Part shown: positions 49,880 to 62,936 of the stretch, one piece after another
How positions within the stretch are numbered: the first letter of the stretch is position 1
Layout: each line of letters opens with the position of its first letter
Translations under genes and position numbers: made by a program
The notes under the pieces: generated by a model
What the model saw: the letters and a program-made list of their open reading frames with translations, nothing else
Database searches by the model: none
Told to the model about the DNA's origin: nothing
Assembly: GCA_951804945.1 (NCBI GenBank)
Contig: OX638151.1
Coordinates: 64,914,001-64,978,000 of the forward strand
From: Podarcis cretensis
Taxonomy: Eukaryota
Length of the DNA: 64,000 bases
Direction of reading: 5' to 3'

Positions 49880-50430
49880 TCCTTAAAAAGAAGATAGATG
49901 TGATATACTTGGGCATTCAGAAAGCTATTTGTGAAGAACCTCACTCTAGGTTTCTGCATAAATGTATCAAGTCACAGGTAAGAGGGTCTTGGGTAGGATT
50001 CATAAATGGTTAAAGAACAGGAGGAAGGAGCTAGGAAGAAATGAGCAAGAGGCAGAAAGTAAGCAATGGGCTTCCTCGATCTGTACTGGGAGGACTGATG
50101 CTATTTAACATTTATAAATGATCCAGAGTCAAGGGTGAACAGTGAAGCAGCCAAGTTCATAGATGACACCAAGTTACTGAGGATGGTAAACATAAGCAGA
50201 CTGGGAAGAGCTCCAAAGGGGCCTCTCCAAAAAGGATGAATAGAATGGGAAACAAAATGTAAATGTGGTCCAGTGCAAGCAAGTCTAAAGGGATGCTCTT
50301 TGGAGGTTCCTTCCCACAACACATATATGCAATAGTAGGGCCTGAAAGGGGAGAGATGGACCAGGAAGGAGATCTTGGCATTGTGGAAGAGAGATCAAAT
50401 TATACCATCTAGTCAGTGTGTGAAGGTGAT
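49880..50430 (+). mobile_element. Old CR1 RT fragment
   Basis: IDVIYLGIQKA (from YLDFQKAF) and KFIDDTKLLRMV (from FADDTKL) remnants. Confidence 0.7.
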
Positions 50431-50544
50431 GGAATAGTCGAATTCAGAGATATTGGTTATTGGGAAAGGTATGTAAAATAACATGGCCAGTGTCATAATG
50501 CTTTGATATCTCAGTATCAAAAAGGGATATCATACGTTGGAGAT

Positions 50545-50940
50545 GCCTTTTCCCAGCTTCAGCTGGATCACCAATCACAACCCTTCCATACAAGACTGAC
50601 TTTGACCCTAGTGGCCATTTACAGATTGGACTACCGTCATGCACCATATCTGGACCTGTCCTTGAAAAGTGCCCAGAAACAGCAAGTAGTACAAAAAGAT
50701 GCTGCCAATTTATTGATGGATGACTGGTGCTTTTACTTCACTGAACTCATTCTGCATGGCCTGTACTGTCAATTTTGTTTCCAGGCTCAATTCAAAGTGC
50801 TGGTGTTAACCTTTGAAGCCTGGGGCTTGGGTACTTTGAGGATTCTTCCATATGCTGCTCTCTGTATGGTCTGATCATCATCTGAAGCCCAGTTCAAAGG
50901 CACTGCTGATGGCAACTGTGAGCAGGACATTCTCTGTGGC
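50545..50940 (+). mobile_element. Old L2 ORF2 fragment
   Basis: RLDY..Y.DL.LK..QKQQVVQKDAA.LL...FQAQFKVLVLTF. Confidence 0.7.
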
Positions 50941-52592
50941 AGGATGCCTTGCCAAGGGAGATGCATCAGGCTCCATCCCAAATGGGATGGGCCACTAAGT
51001 TTTATGACCTGGTGGCACATTTGCAACCCTGAGATACTGTTGTGGGCTCCACACCACCGTACAACCAGGCACACATGCAACCTGGTCTGTTGGCAACACT
51101 AAAAATGCTTGATTCAAAATATCAGGAAGAGTCCCACCCCTCTCTTCTTCCTGTGAAATAAACATGTTCTCCCATGACTATAAGAAGGCAAGTAGGCTAA
51201 AAATTGCATTTACAGCTCCACTTGGATGGAAATGTTTATACTTTGTTTCTGAAAATATACTGAGCACTTCAATAGTGTAGCACAAAGTTCAGACTCTTCA
51301 ATGTGAAGAGGGTTGTGTGGGATGGAGGAAGACCCTGGGGTTAGCTCAGAGTGTCCTCCCTGGGAATGCTTGCTAAAATATTTGCTACAATTGGGTGCAT
51401 CTCAAGGGAAATAAATGGTATTTATTATGAACTCCAGGTCCCCTCAGATAAAGAATGATCTGGCAGAGATGTGATAACATAGAGAGGGCAAACTGCATCA
51501 ATATGTTCTACCAGAAACAGACTTTCCTATACAACAACCAGTTCATAAATCTATGGAGCATTGAAAAATCAAGATTAACCATAGCTTCAAATGGTATACC
51601 AACTGTGGAGGGAGAAAATGGTTTTCATTCAATTTGATGTCTTTGGTACCCAAAAGAGGATATGTGATCAAGAAGGCAGGTATGCATTTCTGGAGCTCAA
51701 GGAAGAAAACCCAAGGACTAGTTAATGCATGGATAACTTCAACACTTGTTAGGTCTGGAGGCACATGAAACCACCACCACTTTGCTGAAGTGCACCTGGG
51801 CCTGGTCCATGCCTGGATGGATGGCCACTTAGGAACCAAACACGTGCTGTCTTGAAAATATAATACAAAATAATTGAAAGTGATGACTTGCATTCATGAA
51901 TGAAGCACCAGAGACAGAATTTTCACATTAACCACTGTATGCATATTGACATTTCTTTCTCCCTTTTCACTGGAGACCAGTTAAGACATTTGGTTGAGAG
52001 TCATCAGGCACTGAGTCATCAAGTGCTACATGATCAAGTGATGATACGTTTTTGCCATCCCCAGCTCTAGTTGGGAATGAGGTGATGTAATTGGTATAGA
52101 CTTCTCAGCCAATCTGTTGAATGGAGGTATAAGAACCCCACTCCTTTTTGCATAGTGTACATTTCTTCTGAATGTACTTCATCTCAATTGTGATGTGGAT
52201 TTATCGGCAGCATAAAGTCATTTTCAGTGACTAGAAAGCATACGAAAGTTATCCCCACCCAAAACTATTTTCAACTGGCTTGCTAATCACTGGTAAGTCT
52301 AGTTTATATTCTCTTCAGAGATGACACACATACTGGATTAAAATTGGGCATTTTCTTTTAAATTTCCTTACTACTGGAATTTAAAAAATATATATTTTGC
52401 AACAGAAAATACTTCAGAATAACCTAATCAAGAGCATCAAAATAATACAAAATGACTCTATCATCTATCTTAAAATGAAAATATCTTTTAAAAAAGACCT
52501 CAAACCAATGTCATTTTTAGTGCTGTATCTGTACCGATTGATATGTGTATGGCAGAGAAGAGCAGGGAATTGCAGCCCAGGCGAGGGCTTCA

Positions 52593-53437
52593 CAGGGCTG
52601 ACCCAAAACATTTTGGCACCTGAGGCAAACTATAAAATGGTATTCCCCCACCAGGGAACAAGGAGGGAGTGAAGATCTACATTGGGAACAAGAGAAGGAA
52701 TCCAAATAAACATTTGAAGTGGGAGGAACAGGCTGTGGTGGGTGGGGGTGGAGAGGTCTTCTCTGAATCATACTGGGTGGTTGCATAGCCCAGGAGAACC
52801 CCCCCCTTTTATTGAATTTATATACTTCCCTATACATGGGGGTCTCAGGGTGGTTCACAGAATAAAATCAAGATATAAAACCACAAAATACATAATAAAA
52901 ACAACCCAGTAGCCCCTCCCCACAAAAAGTACATTTTAAAAGGGCATAGGATGTAAATTGGATCAACCAAGGTCCTGGTTAAAAAGGAACGTTTTTGCCT
53001 GGCGCCTAAAGGTGTATAATGAAGGCACCAGGAGAACTTCCCTGGGGAGAGCATTCCACAGACAGGGAGCCACTGCAGAAAAGGCCCGTTCTCGTGTTGC
53101 CACCCTCTGGACCTTTCGAGGAGGAGGCACACAAAGGAGGGCCTCAGAAGATGATCTCAGGGTCCAGGGAGGTTCATATGGAAAGAGGCGGTCTTGAGGT
53201 ATTGTGGACAGCCCTCGCTATTTCCTTCCTAGTGATGGGAGACCAGCAGCGCCTTGTATTCGCTGAGAAGCTGCTGTAGAGGCAGCATGAAGGGACTGCC
53301 AGGAAATGGACTGCAGCCATTGCTGCCACCATGGCAGCAGCAAGCGATGCATTCCTTGGAGGCCAGATCTGCTGCCTCTGTGGGTCCTGCTGCCTGAGGT
53401 GCTCGTCTCACCTTGCCTCATGGGTCAGCCAGCACTG
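52593..53437. mobile_element. hAT element containing a nested L2
   Basis: TIRs CAGGGCTGAC / GCCAGCACTG; TSD GGGCTTCA (52585-52592) vs AGGCTTCA (53438-53445); subterminal (G/A)CCTGAGG motifs. Confidence 0.7.
52808..53207 (-). mobile_element. L2 3' end nested in the hAT element
   Basis: L2-like 3' region (minus strand LPVCGMLSPG / TTTAGGCGCCAGGCAAAAACGTTCC) ending in an AATAAA-rich tail. Confidence 0.8.
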
Positions 53438-54557
53438 AGGCTTCATCTGTGGCAGCTCCTAAACTGTGACATTCCCTCTCCACAGAGCTGCACCTAGCAT
53501 CATTGTATAGCTTCGACTCTAGCCTAAAGGTGCACCTCTTTCCCCTGGCCTTTGCCCCTGGCATTGTCCTGTTGACTGCGCAGAGCATTCCTTGCTGTGG
53601 AAGTGGCTGGGGCAGCCCATGCAGTCATTCAGAGCTGTTCATGTAGACTTGAACAGCTGCATAGAAGTTGCAAAGCTCCAACCTTATGCTACTTCAACAA
53701 ACATCCTTCTGAAGGGCCCGTAGGCCCCAACACTGCCTTCAAATGCTACAGAGCCACCAGGAGCTGCTGCGAAGGTTAACAATGAAGAGCTCGGCAGCTG
53801 CAAACTGTCGTATAACATCTCACTTAAAATGTCCTGCACGCTACTTGGTTGAAACTGTCACCCCTCCAGCAACCACAAACAATGCAAAGAAAGCAGATGT
53901 GTTTTCTATTTGGAATTAAACAGTTTATCTCAACCACTGTCATTGTTGCCGAGGGGAAATAAATAAATAGCCATGGTAATGTAAACTGCAATAGGTATGT
54001 CCTTGCCAAAATGGTGATTTTTAAGTCCAGAGTCCACTGAGAAACTACGTTTTGGCCACAAAGGTTTCTCTCCCCCCTCACTGCAAAAAAAGGGGGGTGC
54101 TGGCAGCTCATCCTGTAGCAGAGTGGTCAGAAAGAATTTTTGGCTACTCTTGGTGTCCCATAACTCATGTCATTTGCACGTAATGGTCCAGAAAATTTAA
54201 GTAAACATCATAAATGTCTTTTGTTATTAAACTTTCCATTCAAGCATTTCGTTGAACTCTTAATGGATAGTAAAGAAGACAAAATGATACATGTGCTCAT
54301 TTGCCTACATCTGTATGTGAGTCACCAGCCTTGAAATGGAAGGTTGAACCAAAACCTCACCCCAAGTCCTGTGCTGCAAAACTAAAACCAGTACCCAGTG
54401 TTAGCTACTTGTGCACTCTGTGTAGACCAAGGCTCTTCCAAGCTGAGGTTGGTGTAGATGGTCCACGAGCTGGATTTTGCTCTTGTGAACTAGGAAATTT
54501 TAATTCTTGTTATTGTGATCCACTTTGAGCTCAACATGGTTGCAGCATCCAAGTATA

Positions 54558-54800
54558 CTAGCAGCCTCAGGAATTCTAAGAACCCCCCCCCCATCAATGC
54601 GGCTTTGAAATTGGTGGTAAAAATCTGTTCAATTTTGAAAGGTTCAGCCCTTGATTCAAAACGACATCCAATTGTATCCAAACACATAGAAACCTGCTCC
54701 TTGATCTCAGGAACCACCATGCAAATTTGGGTTAAGTATCTTACGGGATGTCCAAATGCTTAGCAAACAGACAAAAAAACTTTCCACAATATGTGGTTGA
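54558..54800 (-). mobile_element. Candidate non-autonomous Helitron
   Basis: Minus strand A^TC start at 54800, CTAG^T end at 54558, no TSD, imperfect palindrome CTCAGGAATTCTAAG near the 3' end. Confidence 0.42.
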
Positions 54801-57023
54801 TTCAAAGTTCCATGCTCTAGCAATGCTGCTATTTTCAAGGTAGCTTTAGTGATATAGATGCAAACACTGAAGCCAGTTTTCCAAGTAGTTTCCTTTGATC
54901 AGAAAGCTGCTATATTCTTATTTGTCAATCACCCCAAACTTTCAGTAATGCATCCTTTTCTGACAGCCAATACCAATATGCATCACAACCTCCGCAAATC
55001 TGCAATGAACCTATGATGAATACATTAAAGAAATATATTGCTTCTAGATTAGAATGATACAGTGAAGGACTATAGTTCCAAAGATGGGAACCCATAGCAG
55101 TGATGGTGGCATAGAAATCATATAGGTTTGCTGTGTAGATATAAGTAGTTCACGTTAAAGGAGTACCACTGTCATTTGCCACAGCTACAGCCTATTATAA
55201 ACTTCACTGTCCTTTTCATTCACATGAGCATAACCTCTCCCCTGCTTCAGCCATGCGTCAATGCTAACCAAGTCAAGAATTTCAGAGTCTCCGTCATTTA
55301 GGAATCTCTTTTAGACACAACAACCAGATATCTACTGACATTCAGCTTCCATCTTGCCCTGGACTTGGAAGGCAGGCAATTTTTCAAAAGTATACTAAGT
55401 ACTAACTAAGTCTGTTATTGTTTTAAAAGGAAAGCAAAAAATTATGCAGATGGTCAATCCTGGAAGGCCAGGTGGACTGCATCTGGCAGTGTTTATCAGT
55501 TTTAATATTTTGAAACCAGATGTTGGTGCAAAGAATGGCTGTTGGTTGCAGCCATAGGAAGCATTGTTGTAGAAAGTGACTTGCTAACCTTTGGTACGAA
55601 ACTACACTGTTTTGATCCAGTTAAGATCAGCTATTAATATACAACTGGCTAACCACTGCTGCAAAATGTTTAAAAAATCAGAAACAGATGCTTGATAGTT
55701 TTTCTTCTATCAGCCAAAGCATTCCTGATCTTTACATAAAAATGTAAACTTCAAATATTTTATTTGTCTTGTAATGAACTGCTATGGAACAGCTTTAGTA
55801 GTCAAAACATTTCACAAGATTATGCACATGCAATTTGTCATCGGTTAATATAGTCCATCTTCCAACCATTCCTCTGGGAAAATGGGCACCAAGGTTCCCA
55901 TTTAGAAGGATGACAAATGCAAGACCCCAGGATGTACTGAAGAAGCTGGCATGAATCCTCTGTGTTGTACCATCATCTGGGGGGGGGGGTGAGGGTGGCA
56001 TTCTGCTATTGCTCAGAGCACATGCTCTATAGGTAGGGAACAGACTATTGGTGGGACATGCAGCTACTCTTGTCCACCTTAACATTAAGAAGAGCAGTGA
56101 GGGTTGTGAGAACACTCTGAGGTAAACAAAGAGCCAACTGTTTCATTATTCCACAGATGGTGGAATATTGTCTTGACTCTGTGTGGTCCCTCTTGCTTCC
56201 TCTGATTACCCAAACCTCTGTATATCAGTAAAATTCAGTGAATCACTAGTAAACTGGACATGAAATCATATCGCAAGGATGCTCCATGATACCAGTTCAG
56301 CATCAGGATGTTCTTAGTTGATTTTGGTGATGAGAGAGAAGCCAAGGAGACATCAAAGTCCTTATCCACGCCTGAGAAAATCCTGGATCACTTGAGTTGC
56401 TCCAACAGAAGCTCTTTTGCTGACATCTCAAAAGAAACATTCGCAGACAAGATGGCTACTTTGCAAGTCTACCCAAACACAAATTTGGAAACACTTAAGT
56501 TTTGTGCAACAACCTTAATTAGAACCCGACCATCGTAGCAGTCCATAACACCTCCAAGAAGGCAGTTTCTGTTCACAACTGAATTGTTTAATCTTTTGCT
56601 CAAGAACATTCCCCCCTCCTGGCACTGGACAACATATAATCTCTTCTGCTCATGTTCCAGTACATCTGGCATTGTCTCTGCTATTCATCTGGCAGCTGGA
56701 GCAAATTAGATTACATTAGTTCCCTTGATGCCGTTGCCCCACTTCTAGAGTATCCTGCCCCCCCAAAAAATGTGCTTGTTCTGTACCCTTCTGTCTTCTG
56801 CCATTTGCCAATAGTTTATTCACTTTTCCATTGAGCAACCTATGTTTTTATAGGCAGGGCTAAAGAAAATAGATGAAATGACATCTCCATCAAAAGATGA
56901 CAGATCACTGCAATGCTATTGGTTTATATAGTACACTCACTTGGTACTAATTCAGTTACAAGCACTGGGAAGGACTTAATCGTCAGACTCTTTCTCTGTG
57001 TCCAAAAGTGCAACATCCAAAGT

Positions 57024-57061
57024 TATTCATTCATTCATTCATTCATTCATTCATTCATTCA
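57024..57061. repeat. (ATTC)n microsatellite
   Basis: Direct reading. Confidence 0.95.
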
Positions 57062-57533
57062 GCTAGCACAGGGTATTTTTCAGAACTGATCACTGTATTT
57101 TCAAATATCCATACCCTGTACTGGATCTGGTTCAGGAAAAGTCATGATTCCCCATAGAAAAACTTCCATGTATATAGAAAGCATGATAGAAACATGATAG
57201 AGAAAGTTCCAGCCTGACCCTCTGCTTGATCCGCTGGTTTGCAGTATGCAAAGTGTTTTTGTAATAAAAAAATAAACAAGTTTTTCAACTGGAGTCAAAA
57301 GCAGTTATAATCCAAGGAGGATTATGTCAGATGATTTTTTCTAAATGTTTTCTCTCTATGCTGAGAGAACAGCTGATGCAGTGCACCCAAAAGTGGAATG
57401 CATGCAGCATCAAGGCAAACCTCACCCAGTTCTTGTTCCATGGATAAGAAAGGAAAAAAACAACTCAGGTGGTGAAAAGAAGGCCATTTCCCTTTATCAT
57501 GTACCACACAGGAAGCAAAAATCACCACCCTCC

Positions 57534-58156
57534 TAGAATCATAGAATCATAGAATCATAGAGTTGGAAGAGACCACAAGGGCCATCGAGTCCAACCCCAT
57601 GCCAAGCAGGAAACACCATCAGAGCACTCCTGACATATGGTTGTCAAGCCTCTGCTTAAAGACCTCCAAAGAAGGAGACTCCACCACACTCCTTGGCAGC
57701 AAATTCCACTGTCGAACAGCTCTTACTGTCAGGAAGTTCTTCCTAATGTTTAGGTGGAATCTTCTTTCTTGTAGTTTGGAACCATTGCTCCGTGTCCGCT
57801 TCTCTGGAGCAACAGAAAACAACCTTTCTCCCTCCTCTATGTGACATCCTTTTATATATTTGAACATGGCTATCATATCACCCCTTAACCTCCTCTTCTC
57901 CAGGCTAAACATGCCCAGCTCTCTTAGCCGTTCTTCATAAGGCATCGTTTCCAGACCTTTGACCATTTTGGTTGCCCTCCTCTGGACACGTTCCAGTTTG
58001 TCAGTGTCCTTCTTGAACTGTGGTGCCCAGAACTGGACACAGTACTCCAGGTGAGGTCTGACCAGAGCAGAATACAGTGGCACTATTACTTCCCTTGATC
58101 TAGATGCAATACTCCTATTGATGCAGCCCAGAATTGCATTGGCTTTTTAAGCTGCC
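57534..58156 (-). mobile_element. Young 5'-truncated CR1
   Basis: Uninterrupted ORF 57619-58083 (RPHLEYC...FKQRLD); near-identical to the 18448 copy; (TTCTATGA)3 tail. Confidence 0.96.
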
Positions 58157-58287
58157 CAATAATTTGCTATGGAAGTTAATTCATCTAGATTCTAGACGGA
58201 ATCTCAGAATGAAACTGAAACGCATCAACTTCACCTTCACAAGACAAAGCCAGCTTCAACTTTTTAGTGCAAAGATTTGAAGCAATA

Positions 58288-58715
58288 GTTATTTATTTAG
58301 ATTTCCTACCTTCGCCATAAAGTCCCAGGATAGATTACAGCAACAAAAACAGTACAATCAAAAACAAAATGAAACCAACCATACACAACACTCATGCTAA
58401 TTACTTAAGTAGGTCATGAAAAATACTTCTCAGCTGTCAAAGGCCAGGGTAAAGAGGTCCGTCTTCGGCCTATGATGAGAGCTGAATAATAATGGCAGTA
58501 AGTGCACACCTGCAGGGGGGCTATTCCATAATTTTGGGGACACCACAGAGAATACCCTGTCCTGGGTCATCACTCCTCAAAAGTCTGAGAGTAGTGGAAC
58601 TACCAACAGGTGGTGGATCCCCCAACAGGGCTTCCTCTGCCAATCTTAATACCCAGTAAGGACTTGAGGGAAAGAGGCTGTCAGACACTTGGGACCCAAG
58701 CCATGTCAGGTAGTG
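58288..58715 (-). mobile_element. Old L2 3' fragment
   Basis: TTATTTATTT tail followed by degenerate L2-like sequence (TATTCCATAATTTTGGGGACACCACAGAGAA). Confidence 0.5.
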
Positions 58716-59306
58716 AACACCATGAAATCATTAACCTTCTCTATTCCACCGGGGCCAGACTAAACATGGCATTGTTCACACAATTCATGCCAGTGGGAAC
58801 TTTAATTCGGTTTGGTTCCTTTTTAAGCACACGTGGAGGGCCCAGACCAGGTCAGGGCCACCACAGCAGGTCTGAGGGGTTGAGCCCCTCCCTCTCCCAC
58901 CAGGGTCCTTTCTGAATCAGGGGCCCCACATCAGTAATTTTCACATTACATTTTTCACTTTGAAAAACATTCACAGTTTCTAGTTGCATTAATCATGTCA
59001 CGTTTAGTTTGACTCTCAGAGAAAGTGGTGATGGGGTTGAGGGAAACCCAATTTACACAGGGGGAGGTGCAGAGGGATAGCTCTCATGACATACCTTGTT
59101 GTCCATTGTAATCAGCTGTTTTGTGGGATAGGGGAGCACAAATTACATTGGGGGAAGGCTGTGTGACCTTCCTCCCGATCATAATTGCAAAATTTGATGT
59201 TGAGTGGGCAACAAAGATGACTTAACCATGGGCCATGCATTGCTCATGCATGACTAAATACTAGGAAATTTCCAGTTAAAAAAACCTACCAGTTTGGAGA
59301 GGTGTC

Positions 59307-59457
59307 GTTGTTGTTGTTTAGTCGTTTAGTCGTGTCTGACTCTTCGTGACCCCATGGACCAGAGCACGCCAGGCACTCCTGTCTTCCACTGTCTCCCGCA
59401 GTTTGGTCAAACTCATGCTGGTAGCTTCGAGAACACTGTCTAATCATCTCGTCTTCT
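59307..59457 (-). mobile_element. BovB 3' tip (151 bp) with 8-bp TSD
   Basis: Reverse complement of ~43412-43563; TSD GAGGTGTC at 59299-59306 and 59458-59465. Confidence 0.9.
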
Positions 59458-59614
59458 GAGGTGTCACAGGTAGGCAAATAGCTCATAGTACTGATCCCTG
59501 ATTCTTTTATTTCACCAAAGTGCTGTTGAAAATCTGGGCTGGATTGGCTTGCAATTACCCACCGCCCCCACCCCAACAAGAAGCAATAAACACAGACAAG
59601 GTCACTAATGAACA

Positions 59615-59848
59615 CGGATGTATGAGAAATTTGGTTCATTTGGCATCAAAAGGCATTCAAATATGCACTTTCTGAAACACTATGAGAACCAAAACACAAC
59701 CATTCTTCAAAATTCACATGTATCCAATTTTGTGATGCAGTTCTCCAACCAATCGCTAAAAAATGCATATATAAAAAGGAAAAGAGTGCATAAAAACCTG
59801 TATCAACATCTTTCTAAATAAACAAAAATAACATTCTATCTATCGATC

Positions 59849-59886
<38 letters not shown>

Positions 59887-60063
59887 GGAAATTGCTTGCC
59901 CAAATGTGTATGGTAGTCAAAACTATAAGGTGTTTTGAAGAAAAATTTGCATAAATATGCTGATGAATCATCATGAGGATTTTTGAAATTACTATTGCAG
60001 ATGGCTGCAGAAATATGGAGAACTGATTTTAAGAACCAAAATTGACAGGTGTCTCCACCCCTA
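59615..60063. mobile_element. Degenerate AT-rich non-autonomous DNA element containing (TCTA)n at ~59836-59886
   Basis: Ends CCCCTA; loosely related sequence near 31960-32090 and 40340-40560. Confidence 0.4.
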
Positions 60064-60124
60064 CTCAGAAACACGACAGATACTTCCAAACACCTCCACT
60101 CTAAGCAAGCTGCCTGTGGCATAA

Positions 60125-61000
60125 AGCAATGACCGCTCCCCGCTGAAAACGGGGGGCGCCCTTTGCGTGGACGTGCGCAGCCCTGGATCTAGAGCGGCCC
60201 CATCAGCATAGGCTTGGCTTTGCCTTCCCTCAGGTGGGATACCTGGAGGTCTCCGCCTACCTCAGTCAGTTGTCCAATCCCACCTGGGGGAAGCGTTGCC
60301 AAGGAGACCAGGCCAGGTAGGGGAGGGATTACCTGCCCACACAATAGAGGGAGGATCTTACCTGGGAATCCTCACTTGGCTCCAGAGCTTCTCCCACCCT
60401 ACCCACCCTCAGTTAATGTCTTCTTTTGCAGGTTAACTTTTCTTCATAGGTTTTGCAGGTTAACTTTTCTTCACAGGTTTGCGGGCGCTGCTACGATAAG
60501 GTCGCTGTTAAAGGGCGGGAAAGGAATTTCCCTGCATTGGCAGGTTTCGCCTTTCCCGTAGCAAAACGTCACAACTCTGGCGGTATCAGGCCTTGGGCGG
60601 AATCCTTTAGTCCATCTTCCTCTTTGTGGCGGCGATACCAGGGTTCCCCGTTAAAGGGGTTTCTGAAGGGAGGCTTTGACCGTACGCCGAAAGGTCATCA
60701 TTGCTCTCCCCTGCAGCGGTGGTGTAACGGGGGCGGCTATCTCTGCTTGAACATATGTTCTCCAGAGCCAGCCCATCTCCCCCCCCCCACACACTGGATA
60801 ACCCTGAAGCTCCCTAGGTCCCCGGCTGGGGACTGGGGAGGGAGAACGCCCAATGCCTGAGCCAAGGTCTACCCACATTTGAAATTTAATAAAGTTGTGG
60901 CCAATTTAATCCCATAGCACGTTGTCTTGAGTCGTTATTCCACATGACGGGGGGGGGGGGTACTGCGCGGGATCTGGGGACTCCGCCTGTCCACGCAACA
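60125..61000 (+). mobile_element. Young CpG-rich terminal-repeat-like element (ERV solo LTR or DIRS/Ngaro-type)
   Basis: Sharp GC/CpG-rich block; AATAAAGTTGTGGCC at 60888; 10-bp inverted repeat TTGCGTGGAC (60163-60172) / GTCCACGCAA (60989-60998); ends in CA; no RT ORF. Confidence 0.5.
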
Positions 61001-62583
61001 TAATTTGTAGCACTTTCGCTAACTTTACACATTGCAAAACAACCAGCTGTTCTGGGCTAGATTGATTTCATTGTCTTGGCTGACGAATAACACAACTGTA
61101 AACGTTGTGCGAAGATGGTTTTTTAATGTCATCATTTAGCACCCCACATTCATTCACAATTCACTCTCTTAGAAATAAAAAAAGGTCTTATTATTTGCCT
61201 TATACACTTTGAAGTGTTGGCACAGTAGAAAGTGAAAATCGGTGGTGGTGGTGAATTCATTCCTTTAGTACACCAGAAGGCAGCATAGAAAACACAGTTC
61301 CAAGATTACAATGCCCTCTTGTGTTAGACATAGGGCACTTGACAAAGAATTTTTTTTAAAAAAAAAAAAGGAAAGAAGCCACATTTATATGGGACTATAA
61401 AACAAGCAAACAAAAAAGAGTAAACTATCCATTATAAGCAAAACAAGCCTCAAAAGATGTAAGATCTGGTCCTCTAGTCCCCAATATATAGTACCCTAGG
61501 GTAGCTTAATATCCAAAATATAGTATCCGTTTGCTCTTTGTGGTTTCTTTCGTTGAATTTTGGTTATTGAAACATTAATATTTGCTCATTTAATATAGGC
61601 TCATTTCACGGGTTTTTGTTTACTTACTAGTTAAAATATATCCACCCTACCTTTTAATGCATGTTCTCAGTGTGGTTTACAGACAGCACCTCAAAATGCT
61701 AAAATGTTGCTAACAAAATTTTAAGAATTGCCACCAGCTTCTGAGCAGGAAACAACAAGCACACCAGCGATTATAATTTCACATGAGAAATATACTAAAG
61801 AATATACTAAAGAAGCGCTACCTGTACTTTGTGCACCAGTTGTCCTGGGCAAATGATGTTTTAGGGCATGGATGGGGAATGCTAGATGTTTCTCTCTCTG
61901 GCCCACAGGACACTTGCCTCACCACACCCCCTCTCCAGCAGCACCCCTTCTCCCTAGGCCAGGCCCCTTAGCATTCTTTGAATTGCACCCTCAAGCAGTT
62001 GCACGTGGCTGGAATGTGCCCTAGACGATGCCTCTTGCTTGCCTGCATGGAGGATCGAGAGGCATATAGAAACCAGCCTACTGTACAAAGGTTCCATCTC
62101 CATTTGTTGCTGTGCCCATTTTTGCCTCTGGCCCAACCCAACCCTGGGATGTGACCCCTGGAAGGTTACCCAGGAGGAGATGGGGCCCTTGGGCTGCAAA
62201 GGGTCCCCTATGTCTTTGGTGCTTTATTCCAGGAAGTGGCACCAAGCCCCCGGCCTCCCAGCAGCAGAGTCAGTGCCGCTTCCCTGCAGGGAGAGGGCGA
62301 AGAGAGAGGCAGCAGGGAAGTTGGTGCTGTGTGGCTGCCTTGGCAGAGGACCGGACTGATGCACCTGCACAGCATCATTCTCCCCATTGCTTCACCCCCC
62401 TCCCAGTAAGCACCAATTCTGCTGCTGGGAGGCCAGGTGTGTTGGTGCCATCCTCACCAACTGCTTCTGTTTTAGTCTACAGTACATACATAAATTGGTT
62501 TAGCAGTGATTTCCCCCTCTTCGGTGAATGCAGGGAACTATCATTTGGGGTGGAGTTCTTTAAAAGAGCTTCTTGCCAAACTA

Positions 62584-62880
62584 CAGTGTGGTGTTGTGGT
62601 TAAGAGCGGTGGACTCGTAATCTGGGGAACCGGGTTCGCTTCCCCGCTCCTCCACATGCAGCTGCTGGGTAACCTTGGGCCAGTCACACTTCTCTGAAGT
62701 CTCTCAGCCCCACTCACCTCACAGAGTGTTTGTTGTGGGGGAGGAAGGGAAAGGAGAATGTTAGCCGCTTTGAGAGTCCTGAAGGGGAGTGAAAGACAGG
62801 ATATCAAGTCCAGACTCTTCTTCTTCTTCTTCTTCTTCTTCTTCTTCTTCTTCTTCTTCTTCTTCTTCTTCTTCTTCTTC
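62584..62880 (+). mobile_element. Squam2-like SINE copy 2 with (TCT)n tail
   Basis: Near-identical to 49200-49490. Confidence 0.88.
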
Positions 62881-62936
62881 TGTTTCAAGGATTCCTTGGG
62901 GCAAGCCATATCAGTTAAACTGCTATTGTTTTAGTT

